NCBI GenBank assembly: GCA_965199955.1
Contig: CBDATQ010000001.1
Location: 1,419,897-1,483,896, forward strand
Length of the DNA stretch: 64,000 nucleotides
Direction: 5' to 3'
Source: Spirochaetia bacterium
Lineage (GTDB): Bacteria > Spirochaetota > Spirochaetia > SZUA-6 > Bin103
Below, piece by piece: positions 17,654 through 26,758 of the stretch; positions within the stretch are counted from its first letter, which is position 1, and each line of letters begins with the position of its first letter. A program made the translations under genes and the position numbers. A model generated the notes under the pieces. The model was not told the DNA's origin and did not search any database. It saw nothing but the letters and a program-made list of their open reading frames with translations.

Positions 17654-18603
17654 CAGAACAGGCTCCTGCCGCTGATCCGGCCCGACAGCCAGTTGGTGAT
17701 GACCACCAGGATCATCGCCAGCAGCGACTGCATCAGTCCGACCGAGGTGGCGAACGAGTAACGGCCGAGCTCCAGGCCCATTTCCAGGATGTAGTACTCC
17801 AGAACGTACGAGGTCTCGCGCGTGAACAGGTTGCCGAGCAGGTACGACGTGTCCAGGCCGGCGCGCACCAGCCCTCCCATGCTCAGGATCAGCAGCACCG
17901 CGATGAGGCCGGTCATGTTCGGCAGGGTGATCCGCCACGCGCGCCGCAGCCGTCCCGCGCCATCGATGGTCGCCGCCTCGTAGAGCTGCTCGTCGATGCC
18001 GGCGATCGCCGCCAAGTAGAGGATGGCGCTCCAGCCCATGCTCTTCCAGACGTTCACCATCGTCGCCAGCAGCCGCCAGTACTCGGGTTTCGTCCAGAAC
18101 AGCACCGGTTCGTCGACCAGGCCGACGGCAACCAGCACGTCGTTGACGATGCCGCGGCGGTCGAGCAGCAGGATGAACAGGTAGGCGGTGACCACGTAGG
18201 AGATGAAGTGCGGCAGGTAACTGGTGGTCTGCACCACCCGCTTGAATCCGGTGCGGGGGATCTCGTTGATCAGCAGCGCCAGCAGGATGGGTGCCGGGAA
18301 GCCGAACACCAACCCGTAGAGGCTGAGCAGCACGGTGTTCCGGAACGCGGGATAGAACTCCGGATCGGTGAGCGCCCAGGTGAAGTGCTTGAGTCCCACG
18401 AACGGGCTGGCGAAGTAGCCCATGAGGATCTTGAAGTCCTGGAAGGCGATGATCAGGCTGATCATCGGCAGATAGGCGAAGATGAGGAGGAACAGCACCC
18501 CCGGCAGGGTCATGAGCTGCAACTGGAGCTGTCCCCTGAACCGCCGCATCAGCGGTACGCGCACGATCGGCGCCGCGCGGCCGATTGCCGCCCTGTCCGC
18601 CAT
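17653..18603 (-). CDS. ABC sugar transporter permease (LplB-like)
   Basis: 317 aa multi-TM permease; start placed at MADRAAIG; 5 nt downstream of the GH32 stop. Confidence 0.85.
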   Translation of the reverse strand: MADRAAIGRAAPIVRVPLMRRFRGQLQLQLMTLPGVLFLLIFAYLPMISLIIAFQDFKILMGYFASPFVGLKHFTWALTDPEFYPAFRNTVLLSLYGLVFGFPAPILLALLINEIPRTGFKRVVQTTSYLPHFISYVVTAYLFILLLDRRGIVNDVLVAVGLVDEPVLFWTKPEYWRLLATMVNVWKSMGWSAILYLAAIAGIDEQLYEAATIDGAGRLRRAWRITLPNMTGLIAVLLILSMGGLVRAGLDTSYLLGNLFTRETSYVLEYYILEMGLELGRYSFATSVGLMQSLLAMILVVITNWLSGRISGRSLF

Positions 18604-18607
18604 GGGC

Positions 18608-20191
18608 TCAGTCACGCCCCTTGCGCACATAGGGGGCGGTCGGCGTGATCCGTTCGGTGAAGTGATCCTCGCCGCTGTCGATGCCGTCCAGATCCCACGC
18701 GTCCAGGTGACGCAGCGTCACCACGTGCTTGGAGTCGATGGGCGCGCCGCGCACGAAGAAGTGATACGCCAACCGGTCGGGGTCCGGCGGGTAGATGCGG
18801 TTGGCCATCGGCACGCCGTCGCCGGCGAACACCTCCAGTACCGACGCGTCCACGAACACCCGCAGCCGCACCTCCGCGCCGGCTTCGATTCCCGCCGGCG
18901 CGGTGTACTCGTTGTCCGGCGTGAGCATGCGGAGCTGTCCGTCGGCGGTGGAGTAGGTCACCTCGCAGGCGAACGGTCCGTCGGCGATGCGCAGGCCGCA
19001 GGAGAAGTCCTTGTACTCGATATCGTCCGGCGAGCCCGGATCCACGGCCAGCGCGATCTCCACCGACGAGCCCAGGACGCCGAGCTCGCAGACCTCGCCG
19101 ACAGCGAACGTGCGGTCGGCCCATCGGCGGTGGTTGCGGCGCAGCGCGGCGATCTCGCCGGCGGGCACGACGTCGAACGTGCCCTGCCGGTTGGGGATGA
19201 ATTGCCGCGGCACCGTGAACACGCCGGACCAGCGGATGTCCGGGTCTTGCGTGCGCCGCTGCTTGTCCGGGATCCAGCCCCACATGAACAGCCGCCCCGC
19301 GTCGTCGCGGGTCAGGACCGAGACCAGGAAGTTGTGGCCGTGGTCGGCGAAGCCGCGCCGCTCCTCGATGAAGCGGCCGTCCCGGATCGTGCCGACCATG
19401 TACTGGCGGTGGGCAAGGTTGCTGAGCAGGTGCCGGCCGTCGTCGAGGGGCCACACGCACGGACACTCGTAGTAGATGCCTTCCCGCTCGGCGTCGTCGG
19501 CCGACCAGAGGATGCCGCGGTAGCGCCACTCGCAGAGGTCGGACGAATCGAACAGCAGCACCAGGGATCCGGCCTTGTGCCGGCGCCCGGAGCCGACGGC
19601 CATGAAAAAGCCGTCGCGGTCGCGCCATACCCACGGATCGCGCATGCCCATCAGGTGCTCGTCGGCGCGCTCCGTATCGTAGGGGATGCCCAGGTCTTCA
19701 TGGTCGGGCGGGAGGGTGGCGACGGGGTTGGCGTGGTGCGCCCGGAAGCCCTGCAGGTCCTCCCCGTCGCTGACCGCCAGGTACACGTCGCGGTTCTCGA
19801 TCGTGTAGAAGGCGTACACCTTGCCCTCGTGCGCAATCAGGTTGCCGGACCAGAGGTGGCGGTCCGCGGCGACGCCGTGCTCGGGGGAGGTGAGCGCGGG
19901 CGGATAGTGCGTCCAGGTGACCAGGTCGGCGCTGGCCACGTGGCCCCATTGGCAGGGGCCGTGCATGGCCCGGAAGTCGGGCGAGTAGCTGTGCTGGTAG
20001 GTCACGTGGTAGCGGCCGCCGGCGAAGACGGGGTGCGTGTCTCCGGCGGCGCCGAAGGGTGCCGCCAGGTGGTAGCGAGGGTACCAGCGATCGGCCCGCA
20101 CCTCCCGGCGCAACGCGTCCACGGTGCGGCGGTACGCCGTCAGCCCCTCTGTCGCCGCCGCGTTGCCCATCGACAAGCCATCGTGTTCCAA
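18608..20191 (-). CDS. glycoside hydrolase family 32 (beta-fructofuranosidase / fructan hydrolase), intracellular
   Basis: GH32 motifs: N-terminal catalytic Asp block GDTHP in the YHLAAP...YHVTYQH context, RDP motif MGMRDPWVW, EC motif IYYECPCVW. Confidence 0.85.
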   Translation of the reverse strand: MEHDGLSMGNAAATEGLTAYRRTVDALRREVRADRWYPRYHLAAPFGAAGDTHPVFAGGRYHVTYQHSYSPDFRAMHGPCQWGHVASADLVTWTHYPPALTSPEHGVAADRHLWSGNLIAHEGKVYAFYTIENRDVYLAVSDGEDLQGFRAHHANPVATLPPDHEDLGIPYDTERADEHLMGMRDPWVWRDRDGFFMAVGSGRRHKAGSLVLLFDSSDLCEWRYRGILWSADDAEREGIYYECPCVWPLDDGRHLLSNLAHRQYMVGTIRDGRFIEERRGFADHGHNFLVSVLTRDDAGRLFMWGWIPDKQRRTQDPDIRWSGVFTVPRQFIPNRQGTFDVVPAGEIAALRRNHRRWADRTFAVGEVCELGVLGSSVEIALAVDPGSPDDIEYKDFSCGLRIADGPFACEVTYSTADGQLRMLTPDNEYTAPAGIEAGAEVRLRVFVDASVLEVFAGDGVPMANRIYPPDPDRLAYHFFVRGAPIDSKHVVTLRHLDAWDLDGIDSGEDHFTERITPTAPYVRKGRD

Positions 20192-20243
20192 TTCGTCGAT
20201 GAGGACAACATCCCGCTACTCCGGCGCGGCAGGAGCCTGACGC

Positions 20244-22211
20244 ATGCTGCTTGAGAACGACATGCTGCGCGTGCAGCTCCACGACGGCATACCGGTCGTC
20301 GCGTCGTACACGCACCTTCCCACAGACCAGACGCTGCTCGGCGACCCGGGCGCGACGCCACTGACGATCAACGGCGACGCGGTCGCATGGAGTGAGCTGA
20401 CCGTCGATCACTCCGCAACGGCGACCTCCGCGGCGTTCCACGTGTCCTACGGCGACATCTCGTTCGACTACCGGCTCGACCTGGAGGCCGATTGCCTGCG
20501 GCTGCGCATCGACGGCATCTCCGGGCCGCTCGCCACGCTCGGCTTCGGCGGCTCGCCGCTGCTGCAGGTGAGCGACCCGGAGTACCGGTACGCCCGCATC
20601 TCGTTCGAGGAGGACAGGGAAATCGCCAAGAAGTGGTGGCGGGAGCACTTCGGCGCGGTCGGCGGCGACAGCGACGCGTGCGACGTGATGCACGGCTGCG
20701 TCTGCCACCCCGACCGGCTGTGCGCCTTCGTGCACAGCAACTTCCCGCTGCTGCCGGCGCGCCATGCCAACGGTCCCGGCGGCTACTCGGTCGCCCTCAA
20801 CGACTACCGCTACCGGCTGCGTTCGCGGACGATGTGGCCGCTCGACGTGAAGGTGGTGTTCCTGCAGGACTACAACGGCGACGGCATCATGGACTGGAGC
20901 GACTGGGCGCTCTGGGTCAACCGCTCCCTGCCGGACGCCGACGAGCTGTACCGCACGACCATTTCCTACAAGATCTTCCTGACGCTCAAGAACGACCAGG
21001 TGTTCACCACCTACCCGCAGATGATGGAAATCGTGCGCGCCATCCACAACGTCGCTGACGGCATCCCCCAGCTCATCTACCTGGTCGGCTGGCAGAACCA
21101 GGGCCACGACGACAACTATCCGACCATGGACCGGATCAACCCGCGGCCCGGCGGCAGGCACCGTCTGCTGCGGGCCATCGACGAGTGCGAGCGGGACTAC
21201 GACACGACCGTCAGCTATCACATCAACATCGACGACGCCTATCCCGAAAGCCCGGACTGGGACCCGTCGTACATGTCCGCCGAGAGCGGCAAGCCATGCG
21301 GCGTCGTGCACACACTGGACTGGGAGCTCGGCCACTTCCGGCGGCGCATGGAAGGGATGCTGCGCATGGTGCCCGTGCCCCGGACCCTGCACGTCGACAA
21401 CACCCGCATCTGCAACACGGCCGCCCGCGATTTCGACGGCATCGGCGAGCTGGAGGAGCTGTACTGCGGGCTGTTGCCCATGGCGGAGTGGCTCAAGGAG
21501 AAGGGCATCAGCCTCACCACCGAAGGCACGAACGGCATGCCCATCGACGGGACGCTGCTGTTCTCCGGGTGGTTCCACTACGACTGCGGGCTCATCGGCC
21601 GGCAGATGCTGCACCGCAAGATCGTCGGCGGCGGCGCCGGCCGCCACTTCGGCGAGCTGTACGCGCGCGACTACGCACTCGGCTCCAACATCCACGTCGA
21701 CTTCGCCTACGGGCGCCGCGACGTCGTGGTCAGTTATCTGGAGGACTGGCGCGGCATGGTCGACCGGATCTACCTGGGCTCGCTCCTCTATCTCTACTTC
21801 CTGGAGCGCGAGATGGTGGTGTGCCGCGGCACCTGGCCGGACGACATCCACATGGAGTACGACGACGGCACCGTCGTGGACATCACCTCCCAGTACACCA
21901 TGACCGTCAAGCGCGGTGACATGGTGATCGCCAAGGACAACGACACGCGCTGCGTCCCGCTGGGAGACGCGCTGTACCTCTACTCACCGGTCGGCGACCG
22001 GCAGAGCTTCGTCCTGCCGCCGGAATTGCACGGCAAGCCGTTGCGGATCGTCATGCTGTCGCGGGACGGCGTCGAGGAGCACGATTTCGCGCTGCCGGCC
22101 GACGCCCACTACCACGTTAAGCACGACCGCATCGACTTCCACTGGATGGCGACCTACGTGCCGTACAAGGTGACTCTGGCGGAGCCGGCGGCCGACCCCG
22201 CGCAGGACTGA
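20244..22211 (+). CDS. uncharacterised 655-aa protein, paralog A of a three-member family in this window
   Basis: SD AGGAG 9 nt upstream of the ATG; protein-like composition; conserved EF-hand-like loop DYNGDGIMDWSD; WQNQGHDD and NIDDAYP blocks suggest a (beta/alpha)8-type fold; no signal peptide. Confidence 0.75.
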   Translation: MLLENDMLRVQLHDGIPVVASYTHLPTDQTLLGDPGATPLTINGDAVAWSELTVDHSATATSAAFHVSYGDISFDYRLDLEADCLRLRIDGISGPLATLGFGGSPLLQVSDPEYRYARISFEEDREIAKKWWREHFGAVGGDSDACDVMHGCVCHPDRLCAFVHSNFPLLPARHANGPGGYSVALNDYRYRLRSRTMWPLDVKVVFLQDYNGDGIMDWSDWALWVNRSLPDADELYRTTISYKIFLTLKNDQVFTTYPQMMEIVRAIHNVADGIPQLIYLVGWQNQGHDDNYPTMDRINPRPGGRHRLLRAIDECERDYDTTVSYHINIDDAYPESPDWDPSYMSAESGKPCGVVHTLDWELGHFRRRMEGMLRMVPVPRTLHVDNTRICNTAARDFDGIGELEELYCGLLPMAEWLKEKGISLTTEGTNGMPIDGTLLFSGWFHYDCGLIGRQMLHRKIVGGGAGRHFGELYARDYALGSNIHVDFAYGRRDVVVSYLEDWRGMVDRIYLGSLLYLYFLEREMVVCRGTWPDDIHMEYDDGTVVDITSQYTMTVKRGDMVIAKDNDTRCVPLGDALYLYSPVGDRQSFVLPPELHGKPLRIVMLSRDGVEEHDFALPADAHYHVKHDRIDFHWMATYVPYKVTLAEPAADPAQD

Positions 22212-22214
22212 CGC

Positions 22215-24182
22215 ATGCTGCTCGAGAACGAAACGCTGCGCGTGCAACTCCATGACGGGATTCCCGCCGTCGCGTCGTACACCCATCTCGCCACCGGCCA
22301 AGCGCTGCTCGGGGATCCGGACGCGACGCCGCTCGTGATCAACGGCGCCGCGGTCGCGTGGAGCGATCTGACCATCGATCGATCCGCAACGGCGACGGCG
22401 GCGGCATTCCACGTCACGTACGGCGACATCTCGTTCGACTGCCGGTTCGAGCTGGAGCCGGACTGCCTGCGCCTGCGCCTCGACGGTGTCTCCGGGCCGC
22501 TCGAGACGCTCGGCTTCGGCGGCTCGCCGCTGCTGCAGGTGAGCGGCCGGGACTGGCGCTACGCCCGCATCGCTGTTTCCGAGCCAAGCGAGAATGGCAA
22601 GAAGTGGTGGCGCGAGCACTTCGGCTCGGTCGGCGGCGATCAGGCCGAGTGCGACGTGATACGTGGCTGCATCTACCATCCGGACCGGCTGTGCGCCTTC
22701 GTGCACAGCAACTTCCCGCTGCTGCCGGAGCGCCATGCCAACGGCGCCGGCGGCTATTCGGTCGCCCTCAGCGACTACGGCTACCGGGTGCGCTCACGGA
22801 CGATGTTCCCGCTCGACGTGAAGGTCGTCTTCCTGCAGGACTACAACGGCGACGGAACCATCGACTGGAGCGACTGGGCGCTCTGGGTCAACCGCACCCT
22901 GCCGGACGCCGACGATCTGTATCGCTCGACGATCTCCTACAAGATCTTCGTTACCGTCAAGAACGACCAGGTGTTCACCACGTTCCCGCAGATGACGGAG
23001 ATCGTCCGCGCCATCCACAACGTCGCCGACGGTATTCCTCAGCTCATCTACATGGCCGGCTGGCAATACCAGGGGCACGACGACCGTTACCCGTCGATCG
23101 ACCAGGTCAATCCGCGCGCCGGCGGCGCGCACCGTCTGCTGCGGGCCATCGACGAGTGCGAGCGAAACTACGACACGACCGTCAGCTACCACATCAACAT
23201 CGACGACGCCTATCCCGACAGCCCGGACTGGGACCCGTCCTACATGACCGCCATGGACTGGGATCCGTCGGACGGCGGGCGTCCCTGCGGCGTCGTGCAC
23301 ACCTTGGATTGGGAGCTCGGGCACTTTCGCCGGCGCATGGAAGCGATGATGCGCACGGTGCCCGTGGCCCGCACCCTGCACGTCGACAACACCCGCATCT
23401 GCAATACGGCAGGCCGCGGCTTCGGCGGCATCGGTGAGCTGGAGGAGCTCTACTGCGGGTTGCTGCCCATGGCGGAGTGGTTGAAGGAGAGGGGGATCAG
23501 CCTCACCACCGAAGGGACGAACGGCATGCCGATCGACGGGACGCTGCTGTTTTCGGGGTGGTTCCACTACGACTGCGGGCTCATCGGCCGGCAGATGCTG
23601 CACCGCAAGATGGTCGGCGGCGGCCCCGGCCGCCACTTCGGCGAGCTGTACGCGCGCGACTACGGGATCGGCTCGAACATCCACGTCGACTTCTCGTACG
23701 CGCGCCGCGAGTTCGAGGTCAGTTACCTGGAGGACTGGCGCGGCATCGTCGACCGGATCTACCTGGGCACGCTGCTCTACCTCTATTTCCTGGAGCGCGA
23801 GATGGTGGTGGCCCGCGGCACGTGGCCGGACGACGTCCACATCGAGTACGACGACGGCACCGTCGTGGACATCACGTCCCGGCACACCATGACCGTCGTA
23901 CGCGGCGACATGGTGATCGCCAGGGACAACGACACGCGCTGCATCCCGCTGGGAGACACCCTGTACCTCTACTCACCGGTCGGCGACCGGCAGAGCTTCG
24001 TCCTGCCGAGCGAGTGGCACGGCAAGCCGTTGCGGATCGTCATGCTGACCCGCGACGGTGTCGAGGAGCACGACGAGGCGCTGCCCGCCCGATGGAAGTA
24101 CCGGGTCGAGCACGACCGCATCGACTTCCACTGGATGCCGCCGTACGTGCCCTACAAGGTGACGCTCGCAGATCAGGCTTGA
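22215..24182 (+). CDS. uncharacterised 655-aa protein, paralog B (recent tandem duplicate of A)
   Basis: about 85% nt identity to paralog A including the junction CAGGA..CTGACGCATGCTGCT; begins 3 nt after the stop of A. Confidence 0.75.
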   Translation: MLLENETLRVQLHDGIPAVASYTHLATGQALLGDPDATPLVINGAAVAWSDLTIDRSATATAAAFHVTYGDISFDCRFELEPDCLRLRLDGVSGPLETLGFGGSPLLQVSGRDWRYARIAVSEPSENGKKWWREHFGSVGGDQAECDVIRGCIYHPDRLCAFVHSNFPLLPERHANGAGGYSVALSDYGYRVRSRTMFPLDVKVVFLQDYNGDGTIDWSDWALWVNRTLPDADDLYRSTISYKIFVTVKNDQVFTTFPQMTEIVRAIHNVADGIPQLIYMAGWQYQGHDDRYPSIDQVNPRAGGAHRLLRAIDECERNYDTTVSYHINIDDAYPDSPDWDPSYMTAMDWDPSDGGRPCGVVHTLDWELGHFRRRMEAMMRTVPVARTLHVDNTRICNTAGRGFGGIGELEELYCGLLPMAEWLKERGISLTTEGTNGMPIDGTLLFSGWFHYDCGLIGRQMLHRKMVGGGPGRHFGELYARDYGIGSNIHVDFSYARREFEVSYLEDWRGIVDRIYLGTLLYLYFLEREMVVARGTWPDDVHIEYDDGTVVDITSRHTMTVVRGDMVIARDNDTRCIPLGDTLYLYSPVGDRQSFVLPSEWHGKPLRIVMLTRDGVEEHDEALPARWKYRVEHDRIDFHWMPPYVPYKVTLADQA

Positions 24183-26377
24183 GGGCCCGGCTCGGCCGGC
24201 CGCTCCCAGATCGACCGCATCTCGTGAACGCGCAGGCGGTCCACGCGCACGGCGCCGCCGGCGGTCCGCAGCAGGACGGCGCCGGCGGTCTGCGGGAAGG
24301 CACACCGGACCGGCGTGTAGTAGCGGCCGCGCGCGCTGAAGATCTCCAGGAAGATCGTGTCGACGATCAGCCGCAGGTCCAATCGGCCGTCCACCGGGGC
24401 CAGCGGTGCCCGTACGTCGTTGTCCTCCAGCGCCTCGTGGAACTGCAGTTCCATCGCCTGCAGGTCGAGCCGGATCTGTTTCCCCAGGATTTCGAGCGTC
24501 AGGGCGCCGGCGCCGGCCGGCGTCAGCTCCAGCTCGATGTCCAGGAGCCTGCCGGCGGGCCGCACCTCGAGCGGCTCGGCGTCGCTGACCACGGTGCCGT
24601 CCGGTACGCTCGCGGTGTCGAAGCGCAGGCGGTCCAGCTCGGCCACCGGGTTCTGATGGATCCGCAGGCCTTCGTCCTTGCGCCGCAGGGTCAGCTCGAT
24701 CGGAAAGCTGATGAGGCTGTTCAGCATCGGGTTCAGGCCGCTGACCTGGCCCTTGGCCACCAGGATGCGCCGGCCGTCCGGCGCGTCGTTGAAGGTCTGT
24801 GACGCGTACAGGCTGCCGTCGGTGTACTTGAAGCGGATGATGTCCGTCTCCGGCACGAAGCGCGTGCCGTCGAACGTGCCCAGGTAGTAGTCGCAGCTCG
24901 CGCCGAAGAACACCCACCTGCTTGTGCCCGGCTCGTCCTGCACGGGAAGCTCGAAGAGCTCCGGGCACTCGTGCATGCCGGGCACCTGGCTCCGGAACTG
25001 CCAGTGCAGCAGATCCGTGGAGGTCATGATGAAGTGCACGTCGTTGTGGATGTAGAGCACCATGACCCAGTGCCTGCCGGGCTGATACCAGAACACTTTC
25101 GCGTCGCGGTTGCCGCGGTCGATGTTGCGGATGACCGGGTTGCCGTCCCAGGGGCGCCAGGTGCGCCCCCGGTCGGTGCTGTAGACGATGCAGACGTCCA
25201 CCGACCGGCCGTGCGACAGCCGGTTGGAGCCGCCGTAGGCGGTGTAGAAGATCACCATCGGCGTGCGGCCGGGGCTGCCCAGGCCGGACGAGTTGTGGTG
25301 GTCGACCACGCACGAGCCGGACACGGCCACGCCCCGCTCGTCGGGCCAGAGCGTGTCGGGAAGCTCTTCCCAGTGCACGAGGTCGCGGCTGACCGCGTGG
25401 CCCCAACCCCAGTTGCAGTTCGAGTTGCCGGGCGTGACGTTGCACGGCACGTGCTGGTAGTGCAGGTGCCATTCCCCGTCGAACCAGACCAGGCCGTTGG
25501 CGTCCGAGGACGCGCCGCGGCGCGGCGCGTAGTGGAGCAGCGGCCGGCCGGGCTCCCGGTACAGGTCGTCGCAGCCGACCATCCGGTCGCCGATGCGCAC
25601 GGCCGCCAGCAGGTCGGTGGCCGGCGGCGCCGCGGCGTCGGCGAGCTCTTCGATGCGCAGCGTCAGGTCCATCCCCTCCCAGGCCGACAGGTCGACCGGC
25701 ACCCAGAAGTCCGGATCGTCGAGCGCGATGCTCACGGTGTTGGAGGCGACCGTGTGCCCTCCGCCGGTGAGCTGGATCTCGCGAAAGGGTGAGCGCAGGC
25801 CGACGGGAAGGTTGAGGAAGCGGTGCCCGGCCCGGAAGCGGCGCTCCGCGAAGGTCGGCAGCGGGAGCGGCGGCGTGTCGGTCTGCGCGATCTGGTCGGC
25901 CAGGATGTGGCCCCAGGGGCCGGTGTGCTGATCGACGATCTCCACCCGGACCTGCCTGCCCGCCAGGTCGGCAAGGTCGAACCAGTCCCACGCCAGGTGG
26001 TCCGCGCCGTCCGCCTCCCACTGGCTGCGCGGCGCCGTGCGCACGACGTGGCCGTCGTGGACGAGGTTGAGGGCGACGTAGCCGGGGTCGTTGTTGCCGT
26101 AGTAGGTGCGGCGGCCGCCGCCGATCAGGAAACTCAGGTAGCGGCGCTGCGCCGTGAACGGAGGCGAGATCAGCCGGCCGAGCGCGGGGTCGCCGCCGTG
26201 AAAGCTGGAGGCGTAACCGTCGCCGAGATAGCCGGTGACCTCCGTCTGGCCGGGCAGGACGCCGCGCACGGGCGCGGGGCCGAAGGCGGTGCCCTCGACC
26301 GTCCACCCGCCCCAGTCGTCGCCTTCGAAGTCGGCGAGGAGGATGTCGGGCCGCGTCTGCCTGGGTGCCGCCATCAA
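24173..26377 (-). CDS. glycoside hydrolase family 32 with ~260-aa N-terminal accessory (lectin/beta-sandwich-like) domain
   Basis: 734 aa; GH32 blocks SSDANGLVWFDGEWHLHYQ, WGHAVSRDLVHWEELP, RDAKVFWYQ, MHECPELF; N-terminal DFEGDDWGGWTVEGTAFG region. Confidence 0.85.
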   Translation of the reverse strand: MMAAPRQTRPDILLADFEGDDWGGWTVEGTAFGPAPVRGVLPGQTEVTGYLGDGYASSFHGGDPALGRLISPPFTAQRRYLSFLIGGGRRTYYGNNDPGYVALNLVHDGHVVRTAPRSQWEADGADHLAWDWFDLADLAGRQVRVEIVDQHTGPWGHILADQIAQTDTPPLPLPTFAERRFRAGHRFLNLPVGLRSPFREIQLTGGGHTVASNTVSIALDDPDFWVPVDLSAWEGMDLTLRIEELADAAAPPATDLLAAVRIGDRMVGCDDLYREPGRPLLHYAPRRGASSDANGLVWFDGEWHLHYQHVPCNVTPGNSNCNWGWGHAVSRDLVHWEELPDTLWPDERGVAVSGSCVVDHHNSSGLGSPGRTPMVIFYTAYGGSNRLSHGRSVDVCIVYSTDRGRTWRPWDGNPVIRNIDRGNRDAKVFWYQPGRHWVMVLYIHNDVHFIMTSTDLLHWQFRSQVPGMHECPELFELPVQDEPGTSRWVFFGASCDYYLGTFDGTRFVPETDIIRFKYTDGSLYASQTFNDAPDGRRILVAKGQVSGLNPMLNSLISFPIELTLRRKDEGLRIHQNPVAELDRLRFDTASVPDGTVVSDAEPLEVRPAGRLLDIELELTPAGAGALTLEILGKQIRLDLQAMELQFHEALEDNDVRAPLAPVDGRLDLRLIVDTIFLEIFSARGRYYTPVRCAFPQTAGAVLLRTAGGAVRVDRLRVHEMRSIWERPAEPGPQA

Positions 26378-26416
26378 CTGTCGCCGGCCGGACGGTGCAA
26401 TGGCCGCCCGGTGCGG

Positions 26417-26637
26417 TCAAGCACGGTGGTCCGTCGCACACTGAACCGCATCGGGGTTTGCCGCGACGCCGATGGTCGCCCCAGCGTCGTCGATGCCGAG
26501 CACCAGGAGGCCGCCGGCGCCATTTGCGAAAGCACACAGCGTCCTGCCGACGCCCGCATGTCGTCGACGCCGCGCTTGAACTCGGTAGCGGCATCCTCTC
26601 CCGCGTGGACACGCCGCTCGACCTCGGCCCACTCCAT
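26417..26637 (-). pseudogene. remnant of an AlbA_2 (Schlafen-like) domain gene, frameshifted and truncated
   Basis: two overlapping minus-strand frames together read ...EDAATEFKRGVDDMRASAGR / TLCAFANGAGGLLVLGIDDAGATIGVAAN, matching the AlbA_2 N-terminal consensus (E.EFK ... AFAN.GG.L.GV.D.G); no downstream ATPase part. Confidence 0.35.
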
Positions 26638-26758
26638 CGTCGTCCGTGTCGGAGCATACCAGCAGCCCGGCCGGGTGATCGTCGTTGCGGGGTCAGGCAA
26701 CCCTTGCCGGATGCGACATTCGCGTATACACAGAGGCCGCGCAGGAGGTCGCTACATC

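Noticed and set aside
25823-26758. 5' extension of the 1012-aa ORF ending at 28861
   Set aside because: The sequence upstream of the SD-preceded GTG at 26759 runs antisense through GH32 #2 and is low complexity. The paralog alignment starts at about 26759.
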